A stretch of DNA of 64,000 bases, taken from Alphaproteobacteria bacterium. Lineage in GTDB: Bacteria; Pseudomonadota; Alphaproteobacteria; Rhodobacterales; Rhodobacteraceae. Shown piece after piece: positions 61,272 through 64,000 of the stretch (the stretch's first letter is position 1; every line of letters begins with the position of its first letter). The notes under the pieces were generated by a model. It was given only the letters and a program-made list of their open reading frames with translations. It searched no databases and was not told the DNA's origin. The position numbers were made by a program, and so were the translations under genes. The DNA lies in contig JAAAPD010000034.1 in NCBI GenBank assembly GCA_009908505.1, positions 1,430 to 65,429 of the forward strand, given 5' to 3'.

Positions 61272-63098
61272 CTAACTGTCTGGTTTTCGCAGGATGTCGC
61301 TGGCGCGGGCCTGGACCCGTGCCAATGCGTCACGCGGGGTGACGATCCCGCGCAGCATGTCGTGAAGTTCGTGGCCGCAAATGCCGATTATGTCAGAGAT
61401 CTGAGGGATGGGCGGGCGCGGCCAGAATTGCAGCTCGTCGCGCCAGGACATCTGATCGACCAGTTCGAAGATGGGCGACAAGCGGCGCACCTCGGGGTCG
61501 GCGCCAACCGAATAACGCGGCGCGGTGCGGCTGCCGTTCTGGGCATAGAGCTTTTGCGCCCCGGGCGAGGTGAAGGCGACCAGCGCCTCGGCGGCCTCTT
61601 CGACCCGGTCCTCGGCCAGGTTGGAGGGGATGCACAGAACATAGCCGCCCACCGGTGCGATCGGCACGCCCTCGGGGCCGTGCGGGTGCGGCAGGTAGCC
61701 CGTGTTGCCATGGGCCGAACAGCTGGCATCCAACTCGAAATACGGTGCCAGCAGCGTGTAGCCATAGGCCATGGCGACCTTGCCCTCGGCATAGGGCCGG
61801 ACCCGTTCGTACCAGGACATCGACAGGATGTCGGGCGGCGAGAACTGCATCAGTTGCATCAGGTAGTCGGCCGCCGCATGGGCCCGGTCGGTATCGAAGC
61901 AGGCCGTGAATCCCCCCTCGGCCAGGTGATCGGCGTCAAAGCCCCCGGCAATGGCCGGCAGGTCGATGATCGGCTGGCCGAAGGCGGCGCAGGTCATCAT
62001 GAAAGTGTGGCCCAGCGCGGTGCCGCGGGCCGCGTTCCAGGCCACGCCGTAGCGCCCCTTGCGGGGAACGTGCAGATGGCGGGCGGCCTCGATCACGGCG
62101 TCCGTGGTGGCGGGCGGCTCCAGCCCTTCGTGCGCGAACCAATCCTTGCGGTAGAACATCAGTTCCGGCGTGGTCTGGCTGGGCACGCCGTAAGGCACGC
62201 CATCCCAATGGGCCGCGCGCCAGCCGGCGGTGTGAAAATCGCTGGGATCCAGCCGGTTCACATCCATGACCTCGCCCAGCGGGCGGATCACGCCCTGTTC
62301 CACGAACTCGCCCAGCCAGGGCAGGTCGACGGCGATCAGGTCATAGCGGCTTTTCGCGCGGGAGGCATTGCGCAGCGCTTCTTCGCGCAGGCGGTCGATG
62401 GAAAAGGCCCGCTGGTGAATGCCCGTGCCGATGATCTGTTCGAATTGCCGCTTGAGCGTCTCCATCACCATGAAAGTCGGGTCACCGTGCACGAGGATCC
62501 GCAACCCGCCGGGCAGCTTCAGCGGCTGGGGCAGGGCGCTGGGCGGGGCTATGGCGGCAAGGCCAGGCTGGTAGGAGCCTCCGAAATAATAGTCACTGTC
62601 GCCGGCATCGCTGTCGCGGCGCAGCAGGGTTGCCCGCGCCATTCGGTCTACCCGGTCGGCCAACTGGTGGAAACTGGCCAGAAGCTGCGGGCTGGGATGC
62701 AGGGAAAAGCTCTTGCCGGTCTTGGTGCGCGGGCGCTGTTCGATCAACCCCGCCTCGCGCAGATCGCCCAGCTTGCGCGTGGCGGTGGCATAGGGCACCC
62801 CCGACGCGGCCACCATGGACGAGGGCGAGATCACCCGGCCTTCGAGATGGCCCCGCAACAGGTGCAGGATCATGTTGAGATGCGGGTTCGGCGTGTTGGG
62901 GTCGAGCGCGGCGTCGATCTCGACGCAGAAATCCTGCAGGAAGTGCACGACGCGTTCCAACTCGGCGCCGGAGTCCATGGCGGACATGGTTTCAGCCGCA
63001 GCAACGGCGGAATGTCCGGAATGGATGGTTTTCGCGTCGGGGTGCTGCATGGCTCGGTCGGTTCGGGGTGAAACGGGGCGTCGCTTCGATTCGGGCAT
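61272..63098 (-). CDS. wHTH-solute-binding-protein fusion; probable cytoplasmic transcriptional regulator
   Basis: No signal peptide. HTH region SGVPYATATRKLGDLREAGLIEQ, then family-1 SBP motifs YDLIAVD.PW, YGVP and LMFYRKDWF. Start ATG 63098 with GAGGAG RBS. Confidence 0.8.
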   Translation of the reverse strand: MPESKRRPVSPRTDRAMQHPDAKTIHSGHSAVAAAETMSAMDSGAELERVVHFLQDFCVEIDAALDPNTPNPHLNMILHLLRGHLEGRVISPSSMVAASGVPYATATRKLGDLREAGLIEQRPRTKTGKSFSLHPSPQLLASFHQLADRVDRMARATLLRRDSDAGDSDYYFGGSYQPGLAAIAPPSALPQPLKLPGGLRILVHGDPTFMVMETLKRQFEQIIGTGIHQRAFSIDRLREEALRNASRAKSRYDLIAVDLPWLGEFVEQGVIRPLGEVMDVNRLDPSDFHTAGWRAAHWDGVPYGVPSQTTPELMFYRKDWFAHEGLEPPATTDAVIEAARHLHVPRKGRYGVAWNAARGTALGHTFMMTCAAFGQPIIDLPAIAGGFDADHLAEGGFTACFDTDRAHAAADYLMQLMQFSPPDILSMSWYERVRPYAEGKVAMAYGYTLLAPYFELDASCSAHGNTGYLPHPHGPEGVPIAPVGGYVLCIPSNLAEDRVEEAAEALVAFTSPGAQKLYAQNGSRTAPRYSVGADPEVRRLSPIFELVDQMSWRDELQFWPRPPIPQISDIIGICGHELHDMLRGIVTPRDALARVQARASDILRKPDS

Positions 63099-63308
63099 CG
63101 CCACTCTCCTCAAAATGTTCAATTCGGGCTGAATGCAGTATGCGGAAATAATCCAATACGGATAGAGAAACATCCAAAATGAACTTATTGGCAGATCACA
63201 AGGCGCCGAGAATCACGCGTGATAAGGCAGGGATTGCGCCGGGTGTCGTCCCGGGCTGGGAGGACAGCCGCAATCCGCCAAAGAACATCCAATGGGAGGA
63301 CCCAGGAA

Positions 63309-64000
63309 ATGAAGAAGACCATGAAGTTCGCCTTGGCGTGCTCGACCGCGATGGTCGGCTCTGCCGCCATCGCCGAGACCATGACCATCGGCATCACCCA
63401 GAACAATGTGGGCGTCGACAGCTACCAGACGACCTATGAGCAGGCCTTCATCGCCGCAGCCGAAGCCAATGCCGATGTCGAAGTCGTCGTTCTGGACGCC
63501 GGTGGGGACGTGGCCCGCCAGATCGCCCAGATGGAGGATCTGATCCAGCAGCAAGTCGATGCGATCATCATCTGGCCGACCAATGGCGAGGCGGTCATCC
63601 CCGCCGTGCGCCAGGCCCACCAGGCCGATATCCCGGTGATCGTCACCAACTCCAACATCGCCGAGCAGGGCTTCGACTTCGTCGCCTCGTTCTCTGGTCC
63701 GGACAACATCACCCAGGGCGCCCGGTCCGCCGAGATCATGTGCGACCGCTTCAAGGACATGGGCATCGAAGACGAGGCGAAGGTCGTGCACATCACCGGC
63801 CAGCCGGGCTACACCACCGCCATCGAGCGCGCCCAGGGCTTCAACGACCGCCTGCCGGAAGTCTGCCCCAACGTCGAGCAGATCGACCAGCAGCCCGGCG
63901 ACTGGAACCGCGAAAAATCGCAGCAGGTCATGGAAGCCTTCCTTGTCAAGTATGACGATATCGACGGCGTCTATTCCGGCGATGACAACATGGGCGTCGG
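63309..64000 (+). CDS. Sugar-type ABC transporter substrate-binding protein (RbsB-like), partial, runs off the window
   Basis: My translation: MKKTMKFALACSTAMVGSAAIA|ETMTIG..LDAGGDVARQIAQMEDLIQQQVDAIIIWP..AIPVIVTN..GDWNREK..DIDGVYSGDDNMG. No stop before 64000, so it is absent from the ORF track. GGAG RBS. Confidence 0.9.
   Translation, partial: MKKTMKFALACSTAMVGSAAIAETMTIGITQNNVGVDSYQTTYEQAFIAAAEANADVEVVVLDAGGDVARQIAQMEDLIQQQVDAIIIWPTNGEAVIPAVRQAHQADIPVIVTNSNIAEQGFDFVASFSGPDNITQGARSAEIMCDRFKDMGIEDEAKVVHITGQPGYTTAIERAQGFNDRLPEVCPNVEQIDQQPGDWNREKSQQVMEAFLVKYDDIDGVYSGDDNMGV

Noticed and set aside
60216-63071. 951-aa plus-strand ORF
   Set aside because: Antisense to the SDR and HTH-SBP genes; no domain signal.

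Overview
This is a high-GC alphaproteobacterial chromosome segment. Gene content and order point to Rhodobacterales/Roseobacter group (inference). From left to right: (1) the pdeM + Lhr-type helicase DNA-damage pair; (2) a Tad/Cpa (type IVc, Flp) pilus locus with three flp pilins, cpaB, cpaC, an OmpA lipoprotein, cpaE, cpaF, tadB, tadC, two TPR lipoproteins and prepilin peptidase; (3) housekeeping genes topA, dprA, tldD, an aa3-type cytochrome c oxidase operon, thrC, lysC, ptsP, mtnP, apt and oxyR/katG; (4) the start of an uncharacterised catabolic cluster. The cluster holds eutB/eutC-like genes, an aldehyde dehydrogenase, AcoAB-like E1 subunits, an E2 split over two genes, an atypical M24 hydrolase, an SDR, an HTH-solute-binding-protein fusion and a sugar-type ABC binding protein cut by the window end. 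The strongest lead is the Tad locus: one side carries genes for a mycobacterial-type polyprenyl-phospho-arabinofuranose donor pathway (HAD-UbiA fusion, DprE1, DprE2, candidate flippase) and the other side carries a candidate GT-C transferase. Together these suggest an undescribed Flp-pilin arabinosylation system. This is an inference from motifs and synteny and was not tested. I found no rRNA, tRNA, CRISPR array or mobile element. Many starts were moved from the ORF-track positions to downstream starts chosen by RBS, gene overlap or the expected N-terminus for the family. All product calls come from motif recognition, not database searches.
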